From assembly GCA_963779615.1 (NCBI GenBank), contig CAVZZA010000003.1:1120001-1184000 (forward strand): a DNA stretch of 64,000 bases, written 5' to 3'. Numbering within the stretch: the first letter of the stretch is position 1; each line of letters begins with the position of its first letter. The DNA is from an uncultured Nitrososphaeraceae archaeon. GTDB taxonomy: Archaea > Thermoproteota > Nitrososphaeria > Nitrososphaerales > Nitrososphaeraceae. The notes below the pieces were generated by a model that saw nothing but the letters and a program-made list of their open reading frames with translations, had not been told where the DNA came from and did no database searches. Shown here one piece after another: positions 9,909 to 18,993 of this stretch. Position numbers and translations under genes: made by a program.

Positions 9909-10032
9909 CATTATCCAAAAGGCCGACAACAAAGATGTCCGGAACATCCACGAGTTGTTAAGATACATTGAAAACGAAAAGAAGGATGGGAACAACATGG
10001 TGGCCACTGTTCTTAGAAATGCAATAGAATAA
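9898..10032 (+). pseudogene. PDZ-domain fragment of an HtrA/DegP-like protease
   Basis: MGGDIIQKADNKDVRNIHELLRYIENEKKDGNNMVATVLRN matches the GDII...V...EL...LTVLR PDZ pattern. Confidence 0.55.
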
Positions 10033-10275
10033 TCGATAAATGTGAAGATTGACTCAAACCTTGCATTCACGCCCCACTTAAAATAGGAAAATTGCCACAT
10101 AGGGGCTTGTAATAAATTAACGTTGAATCATCCGGGTCGTTATATGCATGAAGTTAGTACACGCAATGTATTACTATCGCGACATTCATGCCATGAATGG
10201 TATAAAATCAAAATCAAAAAAAAAGACATGATGGACATGGAGAGAACAAAATTATCACTAATATTAAAAAACAAA

Positions 10276-10932
10276 ATGTCTTTAAATCAAAAGAAGTTTT
10301 TAGCCGAAGTTATTGGAACGTTCATTGTGGTTGTGCTGGCCACAGGCTCCGTGGTTGTTGACGCGAAAATGGGCGGAAGCCTCGGCCTGCCTTTTATTGC
10401 GTTTGCCCCGTTTGCGGGAGTTGTAGTGGGTGTATATTTGTTTGGGAGGATATCAATGGCCCACTTTAACCCCGCCGTGACATTGGGGTTTCTCATCACA
10501 AAACACATTTCAAAAAATATGTTTTTTCTTTATGTCGTTGCAGAGGTGACTGGGGCACTGCTGGCCAGCCTTTTTGTGAGTTCGGTCATCGGGTCCAGTG
10601 CAAACCTGGGTGCCAACTCACCAAACTACTCTTACCCATTGCCCTTGGTGTTCGGTGTCGAGGTGCTGGCATCGGCCCTGCTGATGGCTGTCATATTGGT
10701 GGTTGTGCGCAAAAAAGGCTTGAGGGGTTTTGGCGGGATGGCAGTTGGGGCAATGGTGGTCCTTGACATACTCTTTTTGGGCTTTATCTCGGGTGCCTCC
10801 ATGAATCCCGCGCGTTCCTTGGCCCCCGCCTTAATCTCTCATGTGATGGGAAGCCTGTGGCTGTATTGGTCTGCCACGTTTGTTGGAACATCAATAGTCG
10901 CAACAATATTTAGGAAAAAATTCAACAGATAG
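10276..10932 (+). CDS. MIP/aquaporin-family channel (intact)
   Basis: Two NPA motifs (AHFNPAVT, SMNPARS) and six hydrophobic segments; start chosen by alignment to the paralog. Confidence 0.9.
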   Translation: MSLNQKKFLAEVIGTFIVVVLATGSVVVDAKMGGSLGLPFIAFAPFAGVVVGVYLFGRISMAHFNPAVTLGFLITKHISKNMFFLYVVAEVTGALLASLFVSSVIGSSANLGANSPNYSYPLPLVFGVEVLASALLMAVILVVVRKKGLRGFGGMAVGAMVVLDILFLGFISGASMNPARSLAPALISHVMGSLWLYWSATFVGTSIVATIFRKKFNR

Positions 10933-10977
10933 TTATGCTTTAGAACACCGTTAAAAAATTATGTTGTTCTCTATCAA

Positions 10978-11003
10978 AAACAACATAAAAAACAACACAT
11001 GTA
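10978..11003 (+). repeat. Dispersed repeat copy C, upstream of the HTH gene
   Basis: AAACAACATAAAAAACAACACATGTA, preceded by an inverted half-site TATGTTGTT. Confidence 0.7.
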
Positions 11004-11105
11004 ACAGTAAAAAATGCAGTAACAGGGATAGCGGTCAGGAAAAGGCTGTAACATGAATAGCAAAATCATTTGCTTATAAGCCATCTCAATAACAATGGGT
11101 GGCGT

Positions 11106-11669
11106 ATGCTACCAAATGAAAAGGACAAAGAAAATCATGTTATTGACTTGCTGAAAAAGGGTTACAAAACAAGGGAGATTGTAAAGCTGGCCCACGTTTC
11201 GAACACCACCGTCAAGAAGATAAGGGCGAAACTAACCGCTGAGGCTAAAGAGGAGCAGGAGCAAGGCGACCAAAGGAAAAAACCGTTGTCCGTTTCGTCA
11301 CAGGCATTCAACCTATTTGAAGAGGGCAAGTCCGTTGTCCAGGTCACCACTGGGCTTGATTTGACCACGGACCAGGCACTGAAAATACAATCCGACTACC
11401 TGGTATTGCGGAATATGGGACTGGCCTCGCGTATTCTGATGGAAAACCGAAAGGACTTGGGTGCATATTTGAAACTGTTTGATTTTCTGGACGGAAACAA
11501 AGTTAAGGTGAAGGACTTGAACCGTGCGGTTGATTTGACACAGAACATAGACAATATGAAGAAAGAGAAATCGCAACTGGAATACGACATAGACACGCTG
11601 ATTGACTTAAAAAAGTATTACGAGACAGAACTGGACGAAACCAAAAGAAAATACTACAAAAATCATTAA
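11106..11669 (+). CDS. HTH plus coiled-coil hypothetical protein
   Basis: VIDLLKKGYKTREIVKLAHVSNTTVKKIR HTH; second HTH-like segment AFNLFEEGKSVVQV; heptad-rich C-terminus. Confidence 0.7.
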   Translation: MLPNEKDKENHVIDLLKKGYKTREIVKLAHVSNTTVKKIRAKLTAEAKEEQEQGDQRKKPLSVSSQAFNLFEEGKSVVQVTTGLDLTTDQALKIQSDYLVLRNMGLASRILMENRKDLGAYLKLFDFLDGNKVKVKDLNRAVDLTQNIDNMKKEKSQLEYDIDTLIDLKKYYETELDETKRKYYKNH

Positions 11670-11818
11670 AGCCAAAACAGCGGTAAAATATTTTTCACGA
11701 GAATGTCTTTCTGTTGTGGTGGTGGTGGTGGTGGTGTTCATTGTTGGTAGGATAAATGCTATATCCGACACCACCTTTAACAGAAATATTTTTTATGTAA
11801 ACAAATCGTACTCTCTAA

Positions 11819-12703
11819 ATGAGTCTGGTGATTCGACCCATAGAGCAGGTTGATGCATAGACTTGCGGAAAGATTGGATACGAGGCGCACAAAACAATTT
11901 CCTCCGCTCATGGCTATCCCTCCGAGCAGCCCTCTGAAGAATTTGCAACAGGGCTCATCAGAAGGCTACTTGACAATCCAAATTCATGGGGCGTTTTGGC
12001 AGAGAAACAAGGCAAGACATTAGGAAGCGTATTCCTTCACAAGTTTCCGCCTTCGCCTGTGGCAGTGATAGGACCACTCACGGTCCATCCTTCAGCAGAG
12101 GGCGGCGGTGTGGGAAGGATGTTGATTGGTGCTGCCCTTTCTCAGGCCTGTAAACAGAACCATGACCAGGTTAGGTTGGTGCAATCGCCAAGCCACATTC
12201 GCTCCTTCGTTCTGTATACAAAGTCTGGCTTTGTCCTTCGTGAGCCATTACTTTTGATGCAAGGACGGCCCCTAAAAAGCGGCATCAATACAAGCAGCAG
12301 CAGCAGCAGCAATAATGTGCGCCCAGTTCGTGATGACGGCGATATTTCCGTGTGCAACGAGCTTTGCAAAACAGTGCATGGTTTTTCAAGGGACATGGAG
12401 TTGAGTCAGGCAAAGGACCAAGGCGTTGCCACCCTGATTGTACGAGATGGCGCCATCACAGGCTATGCGGCAGGCTTGGGCATATTCGGCCACGCAGTTG
12501 CAAAGTCAAACAACGACTTGAAGGCACTGATTGCCAACGCACCTGCAGTTCTTGGCCCAGGTTTCTTTGCACCTGCCCGAAACCGCGAGGTAGTTAACTG
12601 GCTGCTTCAAAACGGCTTTCAGATGGGCTGGCCTGCAAACCTTATGACCTTTGGTCCATACAAAGAACCACCGATGCCTTTTCTTCCGTCTTTGGCATAC
12701 TGA
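11819..12703 (+). pseudogene. GNAT-family N-acetyltransferase with an in-frame TAG at codon 14
   Basis: MSLVIRPIEQVDA*TCGKIGYEAH... is in frame with the ORF at 11996; motif A VHPSAEGGGVGRML. Confidence 0.75.
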
Positions 12704-12769
12704 ACATTCACGAATTATGGTTATGCAATTCGCAACCTTAGGCTGCATTGACGAAATCCCAAGTAAGTC

Positions 12770-13023
12770 TTGGCCATCGACGGATTTGGAGACTGACGAG
12801 TAATGAGCATAAAATGACTTTTTGAGGCTGCAGAACATGCACAAGTCCGCCACAATCCTAAAGGAGCACAAAGACCAGTTGGCCCCCTTCGTGAAATTGT
12901 TTGAGTTGCTAAAGAAAAACAACACCCAGGGTTAGGGACATCAGGTATGCGGTTGACAATGTAAATAAAATAAACTCCCTAATACAGCAAAAGGAATCCA
13001 TGAAAAAAGAGGTCGAGCCATAA
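12770..13023 (+). pseudogene. Decayed paralog fragment of the 11106 HTH/coiled-coil gene
   Basis: NDFLRLQNMHKSATILKEHKDQLAPFVKLFELLKKNN/VRDIRYAVD aligns to SDYLVLRNMGLASRILMENRKDLGAYLKLFDFLDGNK/VKDLNRAVD. Confidence 0.65.
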
Positions 13024-13175
13024 AAGGGGAGAGGGACTATTTGCTGGACAACCTAGGCGACATCAAAAGAGCATGCTGTAGAATATCCAACTTATTACTT
13101 CTTCTAAGAGGAGGTTTGAGCTATCTGTCTTTTATGAATTCTATAAATGATTTTTTTAATTGAAATGATTTACCC

Positions 13176-13520
13176 CTATTCCTTGAACTTTTGCCACAGT
13201 CTAACAACTTTTTCTCCAACTGGTTTTCGCTTTATGCTTAATGATAAGGAATTGTTTTTATAACTTATGCTTACCTCATGAACCCATCGAGTGTAAAAAG
13301 ACTCGTCCATCCCTTCTGCTCTCCTTATAATTTTTGTTTTCTTGATAATGCCAAGCTGATCCAGCCCAGCCACTTTTCTGTAAGTGGATGACAATGGCAT
13401 GTCCAAAGAGCTGGATATTTGCTGCATACTCAATTCTTTTCCATCCAGCAACTCCATTATTGCCAGGCTTGTTTCGTCGGAAAGAATAAGCAAAATATCC
13501 TTTGCGTATGAATTCGTCAA
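13176..13520 (-). CDS. Winged-helix (ArsR-like) transcriptional regulator
   Basis: LSMQQISSSLDMPLSSTYRKVAGLDQLGII. Confidence 0.8.
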   Translation of the reverse strand: MTNSYAKDILLILSDETSLAIMELLDGKELSMQQISSSLDMPLSSTYRKVAGLDQLGIIKKTKIIRRAEGMDESFYTRWVHEVSISYKNNSLSLSIKRKPVGEKVVRLWQKFKE

Positions 13521-13789
13521 CTTTTAAGGACAGCTAAAATTACTAACACAAAGCCAGAAACTTCAAAAATCTCTTCACTAATTCCCCGATTAGTGTTATC
13601 TACAAAGCTGATGTCTAAATAGCTTAGAAAATCCCCCAGTAGTGTATCCCCAATGGTTATAAGAATGAATCCAAATGCCAGATAAAGCATTGGGATATAT
13701 TTGGTCTTTTTAAAAGCCTTGGCTGTAAGATAAACCAAAAGAGCTCCCAAAATAAGATGGATTGAAACTACTATAGGATAAATCTCCAT
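13517..13789 (-). CDS. Small three-TM membrane protein overlapping the wHTH gene
   Basis: Three hydrophobic segments; 4-bp overlap with the regulator. Confidence 0.7.
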   Translation of the reverse strand: MEIYPIVVSIHLILGALLVYLTAKAFKKTKYIPMLYLAFGFILITIGDTLLGDFLSYLDISFVDNTNRGISEEIFEVSGFVLVILAVLKS

Positions 13790-13972
13790 CTTTGTATTAA
13801 GATGCTGGTTGGATTAAACATTTTCACTAAAACCATTGAAAAACCAAAATGATAACCCAACCCCCTTTAAGTCAAACAAAATATAAAAGATTACCAAATT
13901 AATGATTCCCATTTCCATTTCCTGAGAATAGGACTAAATTATTTATTGGCATAATTGAATAAATTAAATTAA

Positions 13973-14764
13973 ATGGCATTACCGAAAACTAGCCTATCAA
14001 ACACATTTTGCTTAATAATGGCGATTACCACATTCACAATTCTTTTGCAATCCATGACATCTGTAAATGATATTGCATTTGCACAAGTAAGCAACAACCA
14101 ACAGCCAAACATCAACGCGCAGAGTCTTTTCAACACCCAAGCAATGACATTGGGAAACAATGTGAAGAACCTTGTGATACTCATACCCAATGAGGGACAC
14201 CATGGCCCCAATGAAGCCAGTGAAGCCAGGTTCCTGGAACCGTCATTTGTCCCTGCAAATGCGGTGATAAACACTGGAACCACAGTGGCATGGTATAATG
14301 GTGATTTCGGTCACGAACGTACGGTAAACGTAAAAGACGCAACTGGCAGCTCAGTTGTATTTAGCACCGGGGCAATAATAGACAATCAGGCATCAAAAAC
14401 ATACACATTCAACACTCCCGGAACCTACAGTTATGAGGCAATTGGCGACGCGGGTTACATAATGAAGGGCACCATAACTGTCAAAAGCATACAATCCCCT
14501 GTAACCACACCCGCTGCTGCTGGTGGTGGAATAGACACAGTGGGGGTATTGATGGTTCCAACACAGGGCATAGACAAATACATGCAGGACATCAAAAATG
14601 CCGGTTTAACGGTCGACAGCGGGCATAGCTTCAAAGACCTAAGGGGAGGTCAGAGCGGAACAGGAGACGTGCAGACACTCTTGGTGTGGACCTCAGGCGG
14701 CAAGGATTTGAATACCGCGATTGCGCCCCTAAGCCAGCTATCGTTAACCTTACCATACAGTTAA
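13973..14764 (+). CDS. Secreted cupredoxin-fold protein with a degenerate type-1 copper site
   Basis: FVPANAVINTGTTVAWYNGDFGH...YTFNTPGTYSYE...MKGTITV; the Cys and His of the CxxHxxM loop are absent. Confidence 0.75.
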   Translation: MALPKTSLSNTFCLIMAITTFTILLQSMTSVNDIAFAQVSNNQQPNINAQSLFNTQAMTLGNNVKNLVILIPNEGHHGPNEASEARFLEPSFVPANAVINTGTTVAWYNGDFGHERTVNVKDATGSSVVFSTGAIIDNQASKTYTFNTPGTYSYEAIGDAGYIMKGTITVKSIQSPVTTPAAAGGGIDTVGVLMVPTQGIDKYMQDIKNAGLTVDSGHSFKDLRGGQSGTGDVQTLLVWTSGGKDLNTAIAPLSQLSLTLPYS

Positions 14765-14921
14765 TAGCGTCTTTTTTTATTTTTTAAATATTGTTGCAAG
14801 GTCATCATGAGTATCCGTAATTAATATTATATCGCAATCAAAGAGCAATTGAGGCAAAGCAAATTTTATGTATGTATATGCTTTAGTATTTTTCCCAATA
14901 CGTTCTCGTCCAACTGTCTGG

Positions 14922-15168
14922 TTATCCATCTTTTATAAACTCTATCACTGCATATCCTGGGTCGATTTTGTTTTCATTCAGAATTTCCAACAGTTTTAGT
15001 GGGTCCCTGTGACTGTAGACTTGCTGGTTCTTTACGGCAATGAACTTGTTTTTTGTGTTTTAGGCAAAGTTCGTCGCGTTTATCACTAAAGTACTGAAAA
15101 TCCCTGCCATACTCTTTTGGGGTTTCCATTTTCTCATCTTTGACAGATTTTTTCTTATCTACACCCAT
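14922..15168 (-). CDS. Small DUF5678-like protein (one frameshift in an A-run)
   Basis: Joined translation ...DFQYFSDKRDELCLKHKNKFIAVKNQQVYSHRDPLKLLEILNENKIDPGYAVIEFI. Confidence 0.5.
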
Positions 15169-15640
15169 GAAACAGCTAATTATTAAAAAATACTTTTTGA
15201 TGCCAAAAGATGTTATTTGATACCAATATAAAACCACACAAAAGATGCAAAGCCAGTTGTTGTAATCAAACTCCAATCGCACCAGTACCGAAGATGGGGC
15301 AGCCTAGGGAAACCCGGACTTGGAGGCACAATTAGGGGCTTGGTAGCCCATGGCATACAGGGGTTTGTCTACGAAAGGGCAAGGGCCGACTTGGGGATTC
15401 CAAACAGCGTTGACGTGATGGCCATGATTGCGATTAGAAAAAGATGGCCAAAGGAGAACCTCTCAATGAATGTGCAGGAAAATACCCAAATGGCAGAAAA
15501 CCATTGGGGGAAATAGTTAGGGGCCGCTTTACAGGAAAATAGAATAAGATGTTGCAAACCAATGGTTTTTTACAGCCTGTCTTATGACGAAGACTTGGAC
15601 CCTTTTTTTATTCTATAAATCAACTTAATTATTTTACCAT

Positions 15641-17093
15641 TTAATCAGTTTCTTTGTTGCATAGGTCATATGCATTAAAGAACTCAAATGGGCGCCCTAA
15701 TGCTTCCTCGATTCCTTGCTCCAACGGTATGTCTTCCTTGATGCTGACGTTCTCCTCCAGCCTTAAGCACTTTCCGCATACTGGCATTATCTTCCCATAG
15801 ATTTGGAAAACATGGCCAAGCGCCTTGACTTTAATTCCCTCCTGGCTATACCAGTGCCTAACATATGGGTATTTTTTCACCAAGTATGATTCCGGTATCG
15901 TAAGGTCCACATCATACTGTTTCAACAGCCATTCTCCGGTTGGTGGGATGATTGACGACAGCCCTTCAAATTCTTGACCCAGTATGAACGATATTTTTCC
16001 TACGGTCTCAAAGAACTCCCGGCAATCGTCAGTTCCATGCAGTTTAAAGGGCCTGTAGGAAGCATTCCAGAGCAGCAATCACCTTGCCATTTGGATAGAC
16101 CTGTAGGGTGCAGCTGCGCTTACTTTCCAACCTAAATGACTTCACCTTGGCTTTGTTGCCCTCGCTTTTTACTATCCAGCCGTCTTCCCTGGTGAGAAAA
16201 TCATAAGTTTCATCAAATTCGCCCCCAATAATCTTGACATGAATTATTAACTTATGGAATGTAGGTGGACGTTGTGTAATCTCATTTACCAGCAGCTGAA
16301 TCACACTAACCTGCGGCACGTCTAGAGATTGCTGATGCTGTTGAATTGAATCAGTAGATTGTTTTTTTTATAAACCTCCCAATTTCTGTGGACAGAAAAT
16401 ATTCCTTGTATCTTCCCTGCTTGTATCCATCTAAATGAACTGAGTCTGTACTTATGACACTCAAATAGAACCTTTTTGGCATATCCTTCTGTATACCCTA
16501 GGTTAACTATGTCTTCCCGAGTAATGCCCCTGTTTTCTTTATGATGTATGTCATATGCCTTTATTGCTATTTTTCTAAGTTTGGCTGGTAGTTTTGTGTG
16601 TATGGCAGACTCCCATTCACTGATTGCGCCTTCTTCATCAGAGGCAAAGGCGCAATAGGAAGGAAGAGGAGGGGCAGTGATATTGGTGACCTCTCTGACC
16701 ATTGGAGTTACCTTTTTAGCCCTTGTTGCACTGAATGTGAAAAGACTTATCATTTTTGATGAAATGTGGTGCCGTATCACAAGGATTAGACATCTTCGAA
16801 GGATAATTATTGGCTATTTGGTGTTCTTTGATTGGATTTTCAAGGTCATCGTATAATTTATTATCTGGTTTTATCTTTTGCTTCTCAATATTTTTTATTT
16901 TTTGCTTGGGAACCCAGTAGAATGAATGGTTAGAGTTACCTTTTTTAAATTTTAAATTAGATGTACTCTCAAAGTATTGAGTCATTTTGGGTCGTCCCCT
17001 TGGGACAATGTCTAAGCAAGTTATTGAGTTCTTTAAAGTAGATGGAATGACAAATTCGTTATCTTTATAAATAAATTTTACATTAGTAGTCAT
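15641..17093 (-). CDS. Putative replication protein of the element; four overlapping or abutting ORFs, probably one or two frameshifted genes
   Basis: wHTH-like GITREDIVNLGYTEGYAKKVL; C-terminal QYDVDLT...QIYGK...LRLEE; lies in the backbone next to the integrase. Confidence 0.45.
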
Positions 17094-17096
17094 ATT

Positions 17097-17360
17097 CTAA
17101 TCTCCTATTCGATTTTCCAATCCCAATCCAGAAGGTGTCTTTGTTGCAGCCTTGTGATAATGGGAATTAGAATTTGGATATGACTCAATCTTCTTAACTG
17201 GTTGGTCGCCCGTTACTTTAGATTGAGTCACATTATTTTTTATATTGATAGAAGTTTTACAGATACTACAAGGGGCATAAAAAAGACTTTTTCCTTTGTA
17301 TGTCCACTCATTACCACATCTTTTACAATTTAAAATAAAGGATTCTCTACCTTCCCTCAT
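17097..17360 (-). CDS. Small Zn-ribbon protein
   Basis: CKRCGNEW...PCSICK. Confidence 0.7.
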   Translation of the reverse strand: MREGRESFILNCKRCGNEWTYKGKSLFYAPCSICKTSINIKNNVTQSKVTGDQPVKKIESYPNSNSHYHKAATKTPSGLGLENRIGD

Positions 17361-17409
17361 ATTATTATCATTTATAGTAGTAAGTATATAAAATTTATTG
17401 ATATTTACC

Positions 17410-17469
17410 TAATTATTTGTAATTATTATATTTACAATGCCAATATAAATCAATAATTACAAATAATTA
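17410..17469. repeat. Perfect 18-bp inverted repeat in an AT-rich intergenic region
   Basis: TAATTATTTGTAATTATT-N24-AATAATTACAAATAATTA. Confidence 0.75.
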
Positions 17470-17583
17470 AAATCATTGCATTTCGGCCATATCATAAACA
17501 GTCAAAAATTTCAAATTACAAAATCCCAATCAAAAATAACCTCATAAAATACTTGATAAAAATGCAAATATCCAATAAATTAA

Positions 17584-18675
17584 TTATAAATATTTTTGCC
17601 AAGCAATAATGTATTGCTCTGCCATTTTGTCAATTTCATAGGTCATGTAATGCTTTGCGCTAATGGTCTTTGCTCTGCCTGCCAAGACCTCTGCCCCCTG
17701 CTCCTTTAGCCCCGACCTACAAAGCATGTTATAATGAAACTTTCTTAAATCCATAAAAGAGACTTTACTATCTGTATGAGTTTTAATTATCGAGTGGGCG
17801 ATTTTACGTTGCTCATAGTCTGCATGTCCAAGTCCCCTAAAATCCCTCCAGCAATTGGTTGGCACAATTGAAAAATAGCTATGTTTTTGCCCCACGATTC
17901 TGTTTAAGACAATAACCGAGTGTCCATTCCTCTTATCCATAACATGCAAACTTTGGCAACCACAGCCTGACAAGTTGTCACAAATGGGAGCAACATGAGC
18001 ATAAGATATCTCTTCTCCCCGTAACCCTGAGTATAATGCGAACTTGATTAAGATTCCAAGTTCCCCATCAATTTTTAATATTTTGACCATCATCCTTTTT
18101 ATATAATTCTCGTCACTGAGCCAAACTCTATCATGTATCTTCATTTTTCTGTTTAGTTCATATCTTTCAATGATTTCCTGAATAAGCAACTTTAACTCTG
18201 GATTGTGAAACTTTCTATCGTAGTATTCTCCGAATCTTCTCATTGCATCACATATCCACGCCCTCTCGTGTCCAGACTCTCCTCGAATTATATCAGGGCT
18301 GGTAAAGAATATCTCCACATATCTTTCAAAATAACGCACCAAGTCTTTGGCGTGCTTTGGATATGCGTATCTTTTGGAGAGGTCCCTTAGCATATCCTCA
18401 GAGTTCACATTTCTGTAAAAGGTGGCATTAAACTCGCCAGTCAGCGGGTCCCTTATGCCTTTGTCTCTGATTCTTTTTATCAGCCTCTCAACCTGTTCGT
18501 TATTCTGATGTGCAGGATAGTCGCCCTTTATCCACGCATGAATAAATTCGCTGAAGGTTTCAAAACCGTTTAACTTTAGTTTACTGTTTAGAATGGCTAT
18601 ATCACTCTCCTTCAACCGGACCGTAACGCTTTTCCATTCAGACGGTTTTTTCTGGATTTGTATTTGCTGATTCAT
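17584..18675 (-). CDS. int: Tyrosine integrase with an N-terminal ribbon-helix-helix-like domain
   Basis: YSGLRGEE, MDLRK, LAGR, KHY catalytic pattern; adjacent to the tRNA att site; N-terminal KSVTVRL...FSEFIHAWI. Confidence 0.88.
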   Translation of the reverse strand: MNQQIQIQKKPSEWKSVTVRLKESDIAILNSKLKLNGFETFSEFIHAWIKGDYPAHQNNEQVERLIKRIRDKGIRDPLTGEFNATFYRNVNSEDMLRDLSKRYAYPKHAKDLVRYFERYVEIFFTSPDIIRGESGHERAWICDAMRRFGEYYDRKFHNPELKLLIQEIIERYELNRKMKIHDRVWLSDENYIKRMMVKILKIDGELGILIKFALYSGLRGEEISYAHVAPICDNLSGCGCQSLHVMDKRNGHSVIVLNRIVGQKHSYFSIVPTNCWRDFRGLGHADYEQRKIAHSIIKTHTDSKVSFMDLRKFHYNMLCRSGLKEQGAEVLAGRAKTISAKHYMTYEIDKMAEQYIIAWQKYL

Positions 18676-18711
18676 AATTTACTCTATAATCTACCAAGCT
18701 TTAGCTGTTTC

Positions 18712-18804
18712 GTCAACAATTTACGAGCCAATGTCAACAATTCGGCCTCATTTGTCAACCATTTCCTGCGTGTATTCTGTGTGGGTCAACAAACTGGTCA
18801 ACAA
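18712..18804 (+). promoter_or_regulatory. Five GTCAAC(A/C)A repeats between the integrase start and att core
   Basis: Copies start at 18712, 18733, 18754, 18785, 18797. Confidence 0.7.
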
Positions 18805-18855
18805 ATCACCCATTTCAAGTGCCCAAAAGGTGCGAAGTGCGGGATTTGAACCCGC
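18797..18855 (-). repeat. tRNA-proximal att site
   Basis: Direct repeat of 4013-4070. Confidence 0.92.
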
Positions 18856-18905
18856 GATCCCGAGCTTGGGAAGCTCGTACCTTAACCAGGCTGGGCCAAC
18901 CTCGC
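18831..18905 (-). tRNA. tRNA-Gly (anticodon CCC)
   Basis: GCGAGGTTGGCCCAGCCTGGTTAAGGTACGAGCTTCCCAAGCTCGGGATCGCGGGTTCAAATCCCGCACTTCGCA; cloverleaf with anticodon stem CGAGC/GCTCG. Confidence 0.97.
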
Positions 18906-18993
18906 TTGTGATAAAAATCACTATTCAATCAAATTAAAGTTTATCTTTCCATCATATGCCAAAAACAAATTTAAACAACATCAAGAAAAAAAA

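Larger units (their letters stand above)
4013..18855. mobile_element. ~14.8 kb integrated element at tRNA-Gly(CCC) with tyrosine integrase and metal-resistance cargo
   Basis: Flanking direct repeats containing the tRNA 3' end; integrase next to the tRNA; mosaic cargo; no recognisable capsid or conjugation genes. Confidence 0.9.

Noticed and set aside
11858-11860. Pyrrolysine or amber read-through
   Set aside because: No pyl genes in the window and TAG is used as a normal stop elsewhere; a nonsense mutation is simpler
15290-15600. GC-richer non-coding stretch downstream of the putative rep, possible origin or ncRNA
   Set aside because: No convincing hairpin or iteron pattern found by eye
4013-18855. 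Provirus or conjugative element interpretation of the island
   Set aside because: No recognisable capsid, terminase, packaging ATPase, relaxase or T4SS genes
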